Of a DNA stretch of 64,000 nucleotides, positions 47,293 to 57,736 are shown in pieces (position 1 is the stretch's first letter; each line of letters starts with the position of its first letter). The notes beneath the pieces were generated by a model, which was given only the letters and a program-made list of their open reading frames with translations, made no database searches and was not told where the DNA came from. Made by a program: the position numbers and the translations under genes. The DNA is from an uncultured delta proteobacterium (GTDB lineage: Bacteria > Myxococcota > Kuafuiibacteriia > Kuafuiibacteriales > Kuafuiibacteriaceae): the NCBI GenBank assembly GCA_963803435.1, contig CAWDML010000003.1:864001-928000 (forward strand), in the 5' to 3' direction.

Positions 47293-47961
47293 TTGGGTCC
47301 GAGGCGATACCGATACATCGTGGTCGAGGGCGTCATCGGCGTCGGCAAGACGACCCTGGTGCACCAGCTGACGCGCCACCTGAAAGCGCGGGCGGTGCTC
47401 GAGGAGTTCGAAGAGAACCCGTTTCTGCCCGACTTCTACCGCGATCGCCGCGCCTTCGCGCTCTCGACGCAGCTCTTCTTCCTGATGTCGCGATTTCGCC
47501 AACAGGAGGTCTTGGCGCAGGGCGACCTCTTTCGCGCCCGGACGGTCTCCGACTACCTGTTCGACAAAGATCGCATCTTCGCGACGCTCACGCTCGACGA
47601 GCACGAGCTCGGGATCCACGACCGTCTCTTCGACGTGCTGCGGACGCAGGTGCCCGAGCCCGATCTGGTGATCCATCTCTTCGCAGACGATCGAACGGTG
47701 ATGCGGAGGATCATGGAGCGCGGGCGCGCCTACGAGCTCAACATGGATCCGGCGTACATCGAGCAGCTGACCCGGGCCTACCGCGAGTTTTTGCGCGGCT
47801 GGGATCGCTGCCCGATCCTCCACGTGGACACCCAGATGATCGACTTCCGGCAGGGCTCGCCCGCCCTCGAGCAGCTCGTGCAGATGATCGAGACCGGTCG
47901 CGAGGCCGTCGAGCTCACGCCCAATCTCGACGAGGATCCAAACCGTCGCTTCGCTTTCTGA
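47293..47961 (+). CDS. Deoxynucleoside kinase
   Basis: 'VEGVIGVGKTT', NPFL..FY, QLFFL.SR, 'RI.ERGR.YE'. Confidence 0.92.
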   Translation: MGPRRYRYIVVEGVIGVGKTTLVHQLTRHLKARAVLEEFEENPFLPDFYRDRRAFALSTQLFFLMSRFRQQEVLAQGDLFRARTVSDYLFDKDRIFATLTLDEHELGIHDRLFDVLRTQVPEPDLVIHLFADDRTVMRRIMERGRAYELNMDPAYIEQLTRAYREFLRGWDRCPILHVDTQMIDFRQGSPALEQLVQMIETGREAVELTPNLDEDPNRRFAF

Positions 47962-48005
47962 TTGGGGGTTGACGCTCGGCTCGATCTGCGGGACCGAGCG
48001 GACCC

Positions 48006-49409
48006 GTGAGACTCGAGCTTGCCGGTGGGCGAAGACGGCGCTTCGCCGGATTTCGCGCCTTCCTGATCCTGATCCTCCTCGGAGGGATCGGAGCCGGCGC
48101 CCTCGTCTCGCTCCGCGTCGGCGATCCGCCCGCGGTGAAGATCGAGCCGTCGCTCCCGGCGATCGGCAAGCACACCGAGATCGAGATCGCGGTGACGGAG
48201 CCGAAGCGCGGCGTCTCGGAGATCGCCGTCGAGTTCGTCCAAGGGGACCGGACGGAGAAGCTGGCCGAGGCCTCGTTCGTGCCGCAGCCTCCGTGGGCGC
48301 TCTGGGCGCCCAAGACCGAGTCCCACCGCCTCACCGTCACGGTGGGCCGCGACACCATCAAGGGCCTGCAGGCCGGCGAGGGGATCGTCCGCGTCACGGC
48401 GGCCCGGGCCGGGACCTGGATCCAGCACCCGGAGCCGGTGGTCGAGTCGGTGACGTTGCCGGTGCGCATCAGCCCGCCCACCCTCGAGGTGATCTCCAGC
48501 CAGACGTACGTGGCGCAGGGCGGCTGCGAGGTGGTCGTCTACAAGGTGGGGCCGTCGGCGGTGCGCCACGGCGTGGTGGCCCGGGATCGATTTTTCGCCG
48601 GCTACGACCTGCCGGGATCGACCTCCAGCGAGAAGTTCTCGATCTTCGCGATCCCGTATGATCTCGACGACGCCACGGACGTCAAGCTGACCGCCGTCGA
48701 CGACGTGGGGAACGACGTCTCCGTCGCCTTCATCGATCACTTCACGCCGAGGCCGTTCAAGACGGACACCATCGACGTCACCGATAACTTCATGAACCAG
48801 GTGGTGCCTCGGATCATGGCCAGCACGCCGAGCTTCAAGGATCGGGGCTCGATGCTCGCCAACTACGTCGCGATCAACTCGGAGATGCGCAAGGACAACG
48901 ACCGCCGCCTGCGCGAGCTCGCGAAGACCTCCGCCGACAAGTTCTACTGGCACCAGGCCTTCCTGCAGATGAACGCGCAGGTCGTGTCGCACTTCGCCGA
49001 TCGGCGGACGTATGTGTATCAGGGCAAGGAGATCGACAAGGAGGACCACCTGGGCTTCGATCTCGCGTCGATCGCCAAGGCTGCCATCCCGGCGTCGAAC
49101 GACGGCGTGGTGGTGCTGTCCGAGTACTTCGGGATCTTCGGCAACGCGGTGGTGATCGATCACGGTTTCGGCTTGATGAGCCTGTACGGTCACCTGTCGC
49201 AGGCCAACGTGAAGGTCGGTGACACCGTGAAGCGGGGGCAGACCATCGGCAACACCGGTGCGACCGGGCTGGCGCTCGGCGACCATCTGCACTTCACGAT
49301 CCTGCTGCACGGGTTGCCGGTCACGCCCATCGAGTGGTGGGACAAGCATTGGATCAAGGACCGGATCGCGCCCAAGCTGGGCGCCGCGCTGGGCTTCGTC
49401 GAGGAATGA
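48006..49409 (+). CDS. M23-family metallopeptidase
   Basis: HLGFD, YGHLS, GDHLHF; N-terminal TM. Confidence 0.92.
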   Translation: MRLELAGGRRRRFAGFRAFLILILLGGIGAGALVSLRVGDPPAVKIEPSLPAIGKHTEIEIAVTEPKRGVSEIAVEFVQGDRTEKLAEASFVPQPPWALWAPKTESHRLTVTVGRDTIKGLQAGEGIVRVTAARAGTWIQHPEPVVESVTLPVRISPPTLEVISSQTYVAQGGCEVVVYKVGPSAVRHGVVARDRFFAGYDLPGSTSSEKFSIFAIPYDLDDATDVKLTAVDDVGNDVSVAFIDHFTPRPFKTDTIDVTDNFMNQVVPRIMASTPSFKDRGSMLANYVAINSEMRKDNDRRLRELAKTSADKFYWHQAFLQMNAQVVSHFADRRTYVYQGKEIDKEDHLGFDLASIAKAAIPASNDGVVVLSEYFGIFGNAVVIDHGFGLMSLYGHLSQANVKVGDTVKRGQTIGNTGATGLALGDHLHFTILLHGLPVTPIEWWDKHWIKDRIAPKLGAALGFVEE

Positions 49410-49410
49410 C

Positions 49411-50259
49411 GTGGGCAAGAAGAAGGACAAGAAGAAGAAAAAGAAGAAGAAGAATCGGGTCACCCTGGCGTCGAAGGCCGACAGATACCGTCTGTACCTC
49501 GACTCGGTTCAGGCTCCTGATGTCGACGTCGAGTACTTCGATCAGATGTACCGCGACGTGTTCAAGAAGCGCGCCCGTGTGCTGCGCGAGGACTTCTGCG
49601 GCACGGCCGGCGTCTGTTGCGAATGGGTGAAGCTCTCCAACAAGAACTTCGCGTACGGGGTGGATCTCGATCCGGAGCCGCTCGCGTGGGGCCGGGAGCA
49701 CAACCTCTCTCAGCTCGACGAGAAGGACCGCGAACGCGTGCATCTGATCGAGGGCGACGTCAGGACCGCGAAGTCGCCGCCGGCGGACGTGCTGTGCGCG
49801 CAGAACTTCTCGTACTTCCTGTTCAAGACCCGCGAGGAGCTGCGGCGGTACTTCAAGAAGGCGTACCAGCAGGTCGCTGAGCGCGGGCTGTTCATCGTGG
49901 ATCTGTTCGGCGGCTACGAGTCGATGGAGGACAACCGCGAGGACATCACCGAGCACGACGGCTGGGACTACGTCTGGGATCAGGACAAGTTCGATCCCAT
50001 CACCCACGACGCGCTGTTCCACATCCACTTCCGCTTCAAGGATGGAAGCGAGCTGAAGAAGGCGTTCACCTACGAGTGGCGGTTCTGGACCATCCCGGAG
50101 GTTCGCGAGGTGATGTGCGAGGTGGGCTTCGAGCGGGCCGACGTCTACTGGGAAGGTACGGACGAGGACGGCGAGGGCGACGGCGACTTCAAGATCGCTG
50201 AGCACGGAGAGTGCGACCCGTCCTGGAATGCCTACGTGATCGGCGTGAAGGGCGGCTGA
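49411..50259 (+). CDS. Class I SAM-dependent methyltransferase with Lys-rich N-terminus
   Basis: 'LYLDSVQAP', 'LREDFCGTA', 'GVDLD'; GTG start 49411. Confidence 0.85.
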   Translation: MGKKKDKKKKKKKKNRVTLASKADRYRLYLDSVQAPDVDVEYFDQMYRDVFKKRARVLREDFCGTAGVCCEWVKLSNKNFAYGVDLDPEPLAWGREHNLSQLDEKDRERVHLIEGDVRTAKSPPADVLCAQNFSYFLFKTREELRRYFKKAYQQVAERGLFIVDLFGGYESMEDNREDITEHDGWDYVWDQDKFDPITHDALFHIHFRFKDGSELKKAFTYEWRFWTIPEVREVMCEVGFERADVYWEGTDEDGEGDGDFKIAEHGECDPSWNAYVIGVKGG

Positions 50260-50260
50260 G

Positions 50261-52028
50261 TCACTCTCCGCCGAGCTCGCCGGTGCCCGTCTCGGCCCAC
50301 GTCTTCACGAAGTGGAACAGCTGCCCGCGGGCGGCTGCGTAGGCCGCGTGCGATCGGTCGTGGAAGAGGTCGTGCCCCGCATCGTCGTGCTGGCTCCATC
50401 CGCGGCGCGTCACCGGCGCCACCCCCGTGGTGAGGCCTTCGATCGGGCGGTAGACGGGCTCGACCTGTGGGAGGCTCATCGCGCGCGCGAGCGCGACCGA
50501 TGCGGCCGGCGGCACCACCGTGTCCTGGAGCGCGGTGATGAGATAGATCTGCTTGTCGAGTGAGCGGGAGGCGTAGTTGCTCGGATCGCCGCGGTCCATC
50601 GCCGCCTGCGCGACGCTCGTGAACAGCTGCGTCGGGAACCCATCGAACTGGAACCCTGAGAGCACGCGATCGAAGAACTCGAGCAGCGTTCCACCGCCGA
50701 CCAGCAAGGCCGCGCCCTCGAAGCGCGGCTCGATCCCCATGACGGCGGCGCCGATGATCGCCCCCAGCGACTCGCCGACGTAGAGGATGCGCGAGCTGTC
50801 CAACTGCGGCTCGCCGTCGCCCAAGAGATCGATCTTGGCGAGCTCGTCGATCACCCGGATCAGGTAGACCTGATCGGTCTCCGCCTGGCGGAAGTTGTCG
50901 AGGATCAGGGCGGGCTCGGCGATGTTGAGGAAGCGCGTCGCCGCGTTGCCGGGGCGATCCGTGCGGTAGCCGTGGAGCGCGCCATCCATGGCCACCACCG
51001 CCACGCCGCCCTCGGCAAACCCTTCGGCGTAGTCGAAGACCAGCTCCTTGGCAGCACCGATCCCGTGGTGGAAGACGACGATGGGGAAGGGACCCGTGCC
51101 CTTGGGGACCAGGATCACGACCTCCACATCCTCCGTCCCCTGGAGCTGGGCCCCGTGCTCGTCGACGACCATGCGTCCGTCGAGCTCCTCACGGAAGTTC
51201 GGCAGGGCGAAGCGCGCGCGCACCAGGGCGCGGACCGCGGGATACTCACGATCGCTGGGGACGTTGCCGCGCGGGTCGGATGTGATGTCGAAGTAGACGT
51301 CCGGCTCGCCGTTCTCGTCGGCGTCGAGGATGAGCTCGGGCGTGGGCTGTGTCCGCTGCGCGGAGGCCAGCACCTCTGTCTGCTCGAAGATCGATTGAGT
51401 GGTGAAGACGTCCGCGACGAGCACGTCGTCGATCGAGATCCCAGCCGGGCTCGAGATCCTCGGCGAGCCCCGAGAGGCGATCGAGGCCGTCGAGCGCGTC
51501 GTCGAAGGCGGCTGGCCGCGCGAACCGCTCGCCGTTCACGGTCTCGAGGCCCGCCGTCAGCACGATCGCGTGGCGGGTCTCCGGCGAGAGCGGCATCAAC
51601 GGGCGCGCGGTGAGCCAGTCGACCTTCTTGCCGTAGTCGGTCTGCCCGTCGATCGCGTCGTTGAGCGTGGCGACGACCTGGTGGGCGTCGAGATCCACCA
51701 GGACGAGATGGCTGGCACCGTCGTCGGATGCGGGCTCGGAGAGCGGCGCGAACACCGGGCCCAGCGTCGACCAGCCGTCCTTCTCGTTGATGGTGCTGAT
51801 GAAGTCGGGTCCCAAAAGGTAGAGCGCCTCATCCACGTCTCCGAGATTCGTGCCCTGGGGACCGACGACGAGCCGCTGGCCCGTGGGCGTATCCGCCGGG
51901 GTTCCCAGCGCGTCGGTGGGGAAGGGCAGGATGGGCCGGCCGGACGTCGCGAACGGCAGCGCGGGTCCCGTCTCCTCTGGGCTCGAGCAGGCGATGAGGA
52001 GGAGCGGGAGGAGGAGAAGGGGACGCAT
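50261..52028 (-). CDS. Alpha/beta-hydrolase lipoprotein (extracellular lipase-like); frameshift near 51445
   Basis: Lipobox LIAC, PFP.D, DGWS in ORF 51246..52028; HHGI, GESLG, D and H catalytic candidates in ORF 50261..51424. Confidence 0.8.
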
Positions 52029-52096
52029 GCCTTTGTGGACCGTAGTCCTCAGCGATCACGCGGCACAATTACGGCGAGGTTACATGTGAGGAAGAG

Positions 52097-52774
52097 TCAG
52101 GTGAGGGTCTTCTTCAAGAAGTGCAGGCTGCGCTCGAACGACTCCTTGGCCGCGTCCTCATCGTAGACCTCGGGCCGATCCTCGTTGAAGAACGCGTGCT
52201 GGGTCTCCTCGTAGCGGAAGAGCGTGAACGTCACGTTGCCCGCCTTCAGCTTCTTCTCCAGCGCGCTCACCACCTGCGGCGTGCACCAGTCGTCGTCGGA
52301 AGCGAAGTGGCACATGAGGGGGGCGTCGATCCGGGTGAGATCCGCGGCTTCGTCAGGAGGAATGCCGTAGAAGCACACCGAGGCGTTGACCTCTTGGATG
52401 CTGGCGGCCGCAATCAACGTGAGCGCGCCGCCCATGCAGAAGCCGAGCACGCCGGCCTTCTTGTTGCCGCCCTCCTGAAGGTGGAGCACGGCGCCGTGGA
52501 TGTCCTCGCGCGCGCCGCTCCAGTCCAGGTCGTTCATCAGATGCTTGGCCTCGCTGGCATCCCGCGCGACCTTGCCGCGGAAGAGATCGGGGACGAGCGT
52601 GCGGAAACCGGCGCCGGCGAAGCAATCGGCCGTCTTCCGGATCTGATTGTTGATGCCCCACCACTCTTGCACGACGACGAGGCCGGGCGCCGTCTCCACC
52701 TTGTTCTTCGGCATCGCGAAGTAAGCGGGCACCTGTTGGCCGTCGGGTCGCTCGAAGCTGATCATGTCGCCCAT
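52097..52774 (-). CDS. Dienelactone hydrolase family protein
   Basis: QEWWG, GFCMGG, HAFFN; ATG 52774 with GGAGG RBS. Confidence 0.93.
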   Translation of the reverse strand: MGDMISFERPDGQQVPAYFAMPKNKVETAPGLVVVQEWWGINNQIRKTADCFAGAGFRTLVPDLFRGKVARDASEAKHLMNDLDWSGAREDIHGAVLHLQEGGNKKAGVLGFCMGGALTLIAAASIQEVNASVCFYGIPPDEAADLTRIDAPLMCHFASDDDWCTPQVVSALEKKLKAGNVTFTLFRYEETQHAFFNEDRPEVYDEDAAKESFERSLHFLKKTLT

Positions 52775-52967
52775 GTTCGTTACCTCCCTCGATGTTGGGC
52801 CGCGGAGGCTAACAAGTCGCGTCGGCGGCGGCAAAACCGATGTGAGCAGGCGAGATATACCACAGGCAGTGGACACGTCTCGGTCCGCCGTAGGTTTTTC
52901 CGCATGCGGTGCCGTTTGGGGAGCGTGGGGTTTCGGCACCGATGCGCGCCGGTGTAGGAAGACCTCG

Positions 52968-53192
52968 ATGGTGAACCAGACCTTCCTCGAGCTCCAGCAG
53001 AGCGAGACCACGGTGGTCCACGCCGCGTCGCGGATCTACGCCGCGTACATTGCACGGGGCATGGTGGACCAGGGCGCCGAGCAGCAGTGGATCCAGAAGT
53101 CGATCCATGAGGCGATCCAGCTGGCGTACTGGACCGATCAGGCCGTGCAGAGCGACGATGAGAAGCGGAAACGGGACTTCCAGGACGTGTAG
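52968..53192 (+). CDS. Small hypothetical protein (74 aa)
   Basis: MVNQTFLELQQSETTVVHAASRIYAAYI...VQSDDE; AGGA RBS; coding-like codon usage. Confidence 0.7.
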   Translation: MVNQTFLELQQSETTVVHAASRIYAAYIARGMVDQGAEQQWIQKSIHEAIQLAYWTDQAVQSDDEKRKRDFQDV

Positions 53193-53200
53193 GCTCGCCG

Positions 53201-54071
53201 TCAGCGGTGCTCCATCCAGGCGACGCAGCGCCGCAGCTGTTTCTGCATCTCGGGGACCTCGAAATGGCAGGGGGCCTCGTGGCCAGGGAGAATCCACTCG
53301 AAGCGGAGGTCGACGAGCCGGCGCATCGATTCGGTCTGGATCGCCCAGTCGTACCAGCAGGCGCCGCGGAAGGCACAGACCCTCTCCTCCTCGAGGTCGT
53401 AGGCGAGATGATCGCCGGTGAAGAGGTAGCGCCGGTCATAGAGCAGGCAGGCCGACCCGGCCGTGTGACCGGGCGTCGGCACGACGATCAGATCGTCGTC
53501 GAGCGCGACCGGCGCCTCGCCTTCGATGGCCCGCTCGATCGCGCGGGTCGAAGGCGTCCGATCGGCGGCGTGGATGAGGCGCTCCGCGCCGAAGCGGTCG
53601 GCCCATCGCTGATGATCGGCGACGTCGTCCCGGTGGGTGAGGAAGATCTTCGCGACGCCGCCCATCGCTTCGATGCGATCGGCGAGCCCGCGATTGAACC
53701 GCGGCGAGTCGACCAGGACGTTTCCCGCGCGGACGCACGATCAGATAGCTGGCGGCGCCGAAGCTCTTTTCACTGTGAAAGCCGGCATGAAAGACCTCGC
53801 CGTCGATCCGGCTGGGAAAGGCGCGCTGCGCCGCCTTGAGGTCGTGGACACCCTCGGCGCCGATGGAGCCGGTGGGACAGGCGACCAGGGCCATCGAGGC
53901 CCTCGCCTCGCCGGTCGCCTCCGAGGGCTGCGCGTAGACTCGCGACCGACCGTCGGCCGCGTCGAAGCTGGCCGGCGCGATCCATCGGCAGGCACCGCAG
54001 TCGATGCAGGTGTCGTCGACGTAGAAGTCCCCGGCGACGTTGGTCGGGAGACGGCGGCGGAGTGAGGCCAT
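53201..54071 (-). CDS. Ferredoxin-MBL-fold metallo-hydrolase fusion; frameshift near 53722
   Basis: CIDCGAC...CP ferredoxin; THRDDVADH, TPGHT.GS, FTGDH, LPGH. Confidence 0.88.
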
Positions 54072-54079
54072 CGAGACCA

Positions 54080-54092
54080 GACTATTATAGTC
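54080..54092. promoter_or_regulatory. Bidirectional overlapping -10 elements
   Basis: GACTATTATAGTC: TATAGT on plus (54086-91) and TATAAT on minus (54084-89) in a 28-bp divergent spacer. Confidence 0.65.
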
Positions 54093-54099
54093 TCGCGGC

Positions 54100-55578
54100 A
54101 TGAGCGCCTCTGAAACGATCCGGAACTACATCGGTGGGCAGTGGATCTCGCCCGCCGGGGCCCAGCTTCTCGACGTCGAGAACCCGGCCACCCGGGACGT
54201 CCTGGCGCGCGTCCCGCTGTCGGGCAGCGCGGAGGTCGACCAGGCCGTCGCGCGCGGGCGCGAAGCGTTCGCCTCCTGGCGCCGCACGCCGGTCACGGAG
54301 CGGATCCAGTACCTGTTCCGGTTGAAGCAGCTCCTCGAGGACAACGTCGACCACATCGCGCGGACCATCACGCTCGAGTGCGGCAAGACGCTGGCAGAGG
54401 CCAAGGGTGAGCTGCGGCGCGGCATCGAGAACGTCGAGGTGGCGTGCGGCATGCCGATGATGATGCAGGGGCACGTCAACGAGGACATCGCGGAGGGGAT
54501 CGACGAGATGATGATCCGCCAACCGCTCGGCGTCGTCGCCGCCATCACGCCGTTCAACTTCCCCGCCATGATCCCGCTCTGGTTCCTGCCCTACGCCGTC
54601 GCCTGCGGGAACAGCTTCCTGCTCAAGCCGAGCGAGCGCGTCCCGGTCACCGTCCGCGAGCTGACGCTGTTGATCGAGAAGACCGGGCTCCCCGCGGGCG
54701 TCGTCCAGGTGGTCAACGGCGGTCGCGACGCCGTCGACGCCATCCTCGCCCATCCGGGCGTGTCCGCGGTCAGCTTCGTCGGCTCGAGCGCCGTCGCCCG
54801 CCACGTGTACGCCGAGGCGAGCCGCAACGGAAAGCGCGCCCAATGCCAGGGCGGCGCGAAGAACCCGATCGTCGTGCTCCCGGACGCCGACATGTCGATG
54901 ACCACCCAGATCGTCGCCGACTCCGCCTTCGGCTGCGCGGGCCAGCGCTGCCTCGCCGCCTCGATCGCGATCGCGGTCGGAGAGGCCCGCTCCGCTTTCA
55001 CCGAGTCGATCGCGGACGCCGCCGCCCGCCGTCACGTCGGCTCCGGCCTGGACCCGGACGTCCAGATGGGCCCCGTCATCAGCCCGGCCAGCAAGACCCG
55101 GATTCAGGGGCTCATCGACAAGGGCTTGAGCGAGGGCGCAGAGCTCGTCGTCGACGGCCGCACCGCCGACGTCGCCGGGCACGACCGCGGAAACTTCCTC
55201 CGGCCGACGATCCTCGGCGGCGTCGACCCCCGCAGCGAGCTCGCCAGCACCGAGATCTTCGGCCCGGTCTTATCGTTGATCAACGTTGACAACGTTGACG
55301 ATGCAATCAACGTCATCAACGGCATCCACTATGGCAACATGGCCTGCCTGTTTACCAACAGCGGCGCGGCCGCCCGCAAGTTCCGCTATGAGGTCCGCGC
55401 CGGCAACATCGGCATCAACCTCGGCGTCGCCGCCCCGATGGCCTTCTTCCCGTTCACCGGCTGGCGCGGGAGCTTCTTCGGCGATCTCCACGCCCAGGGC
55501 CGGGACGCGGTCGAGTTCTACACGGACAAGAAGGTGGTGGTGGAGCGCTGGCCGAAGGACTGGACGCGCAAGTTCTAG
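54100..55578 (+). CDS. mmsA: CoA-acylating methylmalonate-semialdehyde dehydrogenase
   Basis: [47 protein letters not shown]. Confidence 0.94.
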   Translation: MSASETIRNYIGGQWISPAGAQLLDVENPATRDVLARVPLSGSAEVDQAVARGREAFASWRRTPVTERIQYLFRLKQLLEDNVDHIARTITLECGKTLAEAKGELRRGIENVEVACGMPMMMQGHVNEDIAEGIDEMMIRQPLGVVAAITPFNFPAMIPLWFLPYAVACGNSFLLKPSERVPVTVRELTLLIEKTGLPAGVVQVVNGGRDAVDAILAHPGVSAVSFVGSSAVARHVYAEASRNGKRAQCQGGAKNPIVVLPDADMSMTTQIVADSAFGCAGQRCLAASIAIAVGEARSAFTESIADAAARRHVGSGLDPDVQMGPVISPASKTRIQGLIDKGLSEGAELVVDGRTADVAGHDRGNFLRPTILGGVDPRSELASTEIFGPVLSLINVDNVDDAINVINGIHYGNMACLFTNSGAAARKFRYEVRAGNIGINLGVAAPMAFFPFTGWRGSFFGDLHAQGRDAVEFYTDKKVVVERWPKDWTRKF

Positions 55579-55604
55579 GGATGGTCCCCTCCTGACTGTT
55601 CAGC

Positions 55605-55701
55605 GTTCGCTGCTTCGATCGTTCTGCTCCTTCGCGATTCGGCGGGAGTCGCGTTCAGCCCCGGATTGAACGGCGAATGACCGAGCGACGAAACAGCGAA
55701 C
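55605..55701. repeat. Palindromic intergenic element related to 40414-40624
   Basis: GTTCGCTG...CAGCGAAC terminal pairing; right arm TGAACGGCGAATGACCGAGCGACGAAACAGCGAAC aligns with TGAACAGCGAATGCCAGAACGCCGAAACA...CAGCGAAC. Confidence 0.7.
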
Positions 55702-55710
55702 CTGGGTGCG

Positions 55711-56844
55711 TCATGCCCGGGGTTCGATCATCGCCACCAGCGCGTCGATGTCGGCGCGCGTGGTGGTGCGGCCCAGCGAGAAGCGGATCGCGCCCCGCGC
55801 GAGGTCGGGCGGGACGCCCATGGCGGTGAGGACGGGGGAGGGCGTCACCTCGCCCGCGTGGCAGGCGGAGCCGGTCGAGGCGGCGACGCCGTCGAGGCGA
55901 GCCAGGAGGTCGGCGCCGATCTGGCCGGTGAAGCTCAGGTTGAGCGTGTTGGGGAGCCGCTCGGTCGGGTGGCCGTTGAGGACGACGGCCCCCCCGAGCT
56001 TCGCCATGATCCCGTCGTGCAGGGCGTCGCGGAGGGCGGTGAGCTCAGCCCGTGCGTCGACGGCGGCGCGGGCGATGCGGCACGCCTCTCCCAGCGCGGC
56101 GGCCAGGATGGCGCTCTCGGTGCCGGCGCGGCGACCGTTCTCGTGGCGCCCACCGTGGATCAGCGGCTCGAGGGTGACGCCGCGCCGGCAATAGAGGGCA
56201 CCGATGCCCTTCGGCGCGTAGAGCTTGTGGCCGGCGAGTGAGAGGAGATCGACGCCGAGCACGCCGACCTGGACGGGGATCTTGCCGGCGCTCTGCGCGG
56301 CGTCGCAGTGGAAGAGGACGCGCCTGCGGCGGGTGTGCGCGGCGATCGCCTCGATCGGCTGGATCGTGCCGGTCTCGTTGTTGGCGTGCATGATCGTGAC
56401 GAGGGTGGTGTCGGGCGCCAGCGCGCGGTCGATCGCCTCCGGGTCGACGCGGCCGCTTCGATCGATCTCGACGTGGGTGGTGCTTGCGCCGAGCCGCTCG
56501 AGGAAGCGACAGCTCTCCAGCGTGGCCGGATGCTCCCCGCGCGCGGTCACGATGTGACTGGCGGCGATCCCCCGCGCGAACGCGGCGCCCTTGATGGCGC
56601 TATTATTGGATTCGGATCCGCCGCTGGTGAAGACGATCTCGTCGGGCTCGGCGCCCAGGAAGTCGGCGACCTTCCCCCGCGCCTCCTCGACGGCGCGGCG
56701 TGCTGGTGCCCCGGCCCAGTGGCTGCTCGACGGGTTTCCGTAGGCCTCGTCGAGGAGGGAACGCATGATCGCGGACACCTCGGGGGCGATCGGGGTGCTC
56801 GCGTTGTGGTCCAGGTAGATCGTCACGGGCTCGTTCTCTAACAT
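55711..56844 (-). CDS. Cysteine desulfurase (group I, IscS/NifS-like)
   Basis: YLDHNASTP, GNPSS, FTSGGSE, HCDAAQ, GHK (PLP Lys), STGSAC. Confidence 0.94.
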   Translation of the reverse strand: MLENEPVTIYLDHNASTPIAPEVSAIMRSLLDEAYGNPSSSHWAGAPARRAVEEARGKVADFLGAEPDEIVFTSGGSESNNSAIKGAAFARGIAASHIVTARGEHPATLESCRFLERLGASTTHVEIDRSGRVDPEAIDRALAPDTTLVTIMHANNETGTIQPIEAIAAHTRRRRVLFHCDAAQSAGKIPVQVGVLGVDLLSLAGHKLYAPKGIGALYCRRGVTLEPLIHGGRHENGRRAGTESAILAAALGEACRIARAAVDARAELTALRDALHDGIMAKLGGAVVLNGHPTERLPNTLNLSFTGQIGADLLARLDGVAASTGSACHAGEVTPSPVLTAMGVPPDLARGAIRFSLGRTTTRADIDALVAMIEPRA

Positions 56845-56853
56845 GCAGCGCGA

Positions 56854-57723
56854 ATGAAGGCTGTCGTCGTCGGGCACGTCACGAAGGATCTGATCCGCAT
56901 CCCCGGGCGTCCGGATCGCGTCATGACCGGCGGCTCTGCGTTCTATGCGTCGATCGCGCTCGCACGTCTCGGGTTCTCCGTGTCGACCGTGACCAAGCTG
57001 GCGCCTGCGGACGACGGCCTCCTCGATCCGCTCCGGGCGGTGGGTGTCGAGCTCGTCCTCCGGCCCTCGGCGACCACCACGGTCTTCGAGAACAGCTACT
57101 TCGGGGCCCAGCTCTCCGAGCGCAAGCAGCGCGTCCCCTCGATCGCCGCGGCATTCGACGCAGCGGATCTCGACGGGCTCAGCGCCGACGTTCTGCACCT
57201 CGGCCCGCTCACCGCCGGCGAGATGGGCCCGGCCCTCTTCGAGTCGGCGCGCGCCCGAGCGCCTCGCGTCTCCTTCGATGCGCAAGGCATCCTGCGCAGG
57301 ATCGAGGATCAGGCGGTGGTCCCCGCCCGCCCCGGCGCGCTCGGCCAACTGCTCCGCCACGTCGACATCCTCAAGGTGGACGATCTCGAGGCGGCTGCCC
57401 TCGTCGAGGAGAACGATCCGAGGCTCGGCGCGGCGGCGCTGGGAGCGCTCGGCCCCAGCGAGGTGCTGGTGACGTTCGCCGATCGGGGCTCGCTGATCTG
57501 GACCGCGACGCACACGGACCGCATCGCCGCCATCCCGCCTCGCGAGATCGTCGATGCCACCGGGTGTGGTGATACCTACCTCGCGGGCTACGTCGCCGCG
57601 CGGATGCGCGACGAGCACCCGCCGACCGCGGCGCGGATCGCCGCCGCCGCCGCCAGCCTCAAGCTCGAAGGCTACGGCCCGCTCTCTCACGGTTGGAACG
57701 ACGTCGTCGCCCGCGCGGCGTAG
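56854..57723 (+). CDS. PfkB-family carbohydrate kinase
   Basis: 'VVGHVTKD...GG', 'DATGCGD'. Confidence 0.9.
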   Translation: MKAVVVGHVTKDLIRIPGRPDRVMTGGSAFYASIALARLGFSVSTVTKLAPADDGLLDPLRAVGVELVLRPSATTTVFENSYFGAQLSERKQRVPSIAAAFDAADLDGLSADVLHLGPLTAGEMGPALFESARARAPRVSFDAQGILRRIEDQAVVPARPGALGQLLRHVDILKVDDLEAAALVEENDPRLGAAALGALGPSEVLVTFADRGSLIWTATHTDRIAAIPPREIVDATGCGDTYLAGYVAARMRDEHPPTAARIAAAAASLKLEGYGPLSHGWNDVVARAA

Positions 57724-57736
57724 TTTGGAGCCGCTC

